Assembly (NCBI GenBank): GCA_951406725.2
Contig: OX597832.1
Location: 26,536,001-26,600,000 of the forward strand
DNA from: Octopus vulgaris
Taxonomy: Eukaryota
Direction of reading: 5' to 3'
DNA length: 64,000 nucleotides
Under the pieces are notes generated by a model. That model was not told where the DNA came from. It did not search any database and worked only from the letters and a program-made list of their open reading frames with translations. Position 1 is the first letter of the stretch, and every line of letters begins with the position of its first letter. The translations under genes and the position numbers were made by a program. Positions 63,713 to 64,000 of the stretch are shown here, piece by piece.

Positions 63713-64000
63713 TGGAGGTGCAATGGCCCAGTGGTTAGGGCAACAGACTCGCGGTTGTAGGATCACAGTTTCAATTCCTAGACCGGGCACTGTGAGTATT
63801 TATTGAGCGAAAACATCTAAAGCTCCACGAGGCTCCAGCAGGGGGTGGTAGCGAACCCTGTTGTGCTCTTTCACCACAACTTTCTCTCACTCTTTCTTTC
63901 TGTTTCTGTTGTACCTGTATTTCAAAGGACATGCCTTGTCACACTCTGTGTCATGCTGAATCTTCCCCGAGAACTACGTTAAGGGTACATGTGTCTGTGG
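63713..64000 (+). mobile_element. SINE family C (runs off window)
   Basis: GGAGGTGCAATGGCCCAGTGGTTAGGGC... matches reverse complement of about 21140-21426. Confidence 0.8.

Overview
Eukaryotic, AT-rich, microsatellite- and transposon-dense DNA. The repeat landscape resembles an octopus/coleoid cephalopod genome (inference). Almost all ORFs in the supplied track are microsatellite artefacts. Three host genes lie on the minus strand. (1) The first coding exon of PYROXD1 (1446-1514), with the rest of the gene off the left edge. (2) A complete three-exon metallothionein (36556-36526, 21635-21516, 19429-19371; 69 aa, 19 Cys) with a TATA box and an MRE cluster, which the ORF track does not assemble. 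(3) The large poly-Q terminal exon of an unidentified gene (58132-59108). Mobile DNA includes a 5'-truncated Penelope-like element (RT + GIY-YIG, Neptune-type) with a minimal hammerhead ribozyme, several tRNA-SINE families, RTE and CR1 LINE fragments, non-autonomous Helitrons, piggyBac-type and other MITEs, and mariner remnants. The most striking unexplained theme is a set of different elements inserted in (TA)n tracts. Some carry hammerhead-like RNA motifs, including a G3:C8-swapped tandem pair upstream of PYROXD1 and a covarying type-III-like motif. Others have fold-back inversions at one end. In one case the fold-back appears to duplicate host flanking DNA, suggesting hairpin self-priming at (TA)n targets. 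Coordinates of degenerate repeats are approximate.
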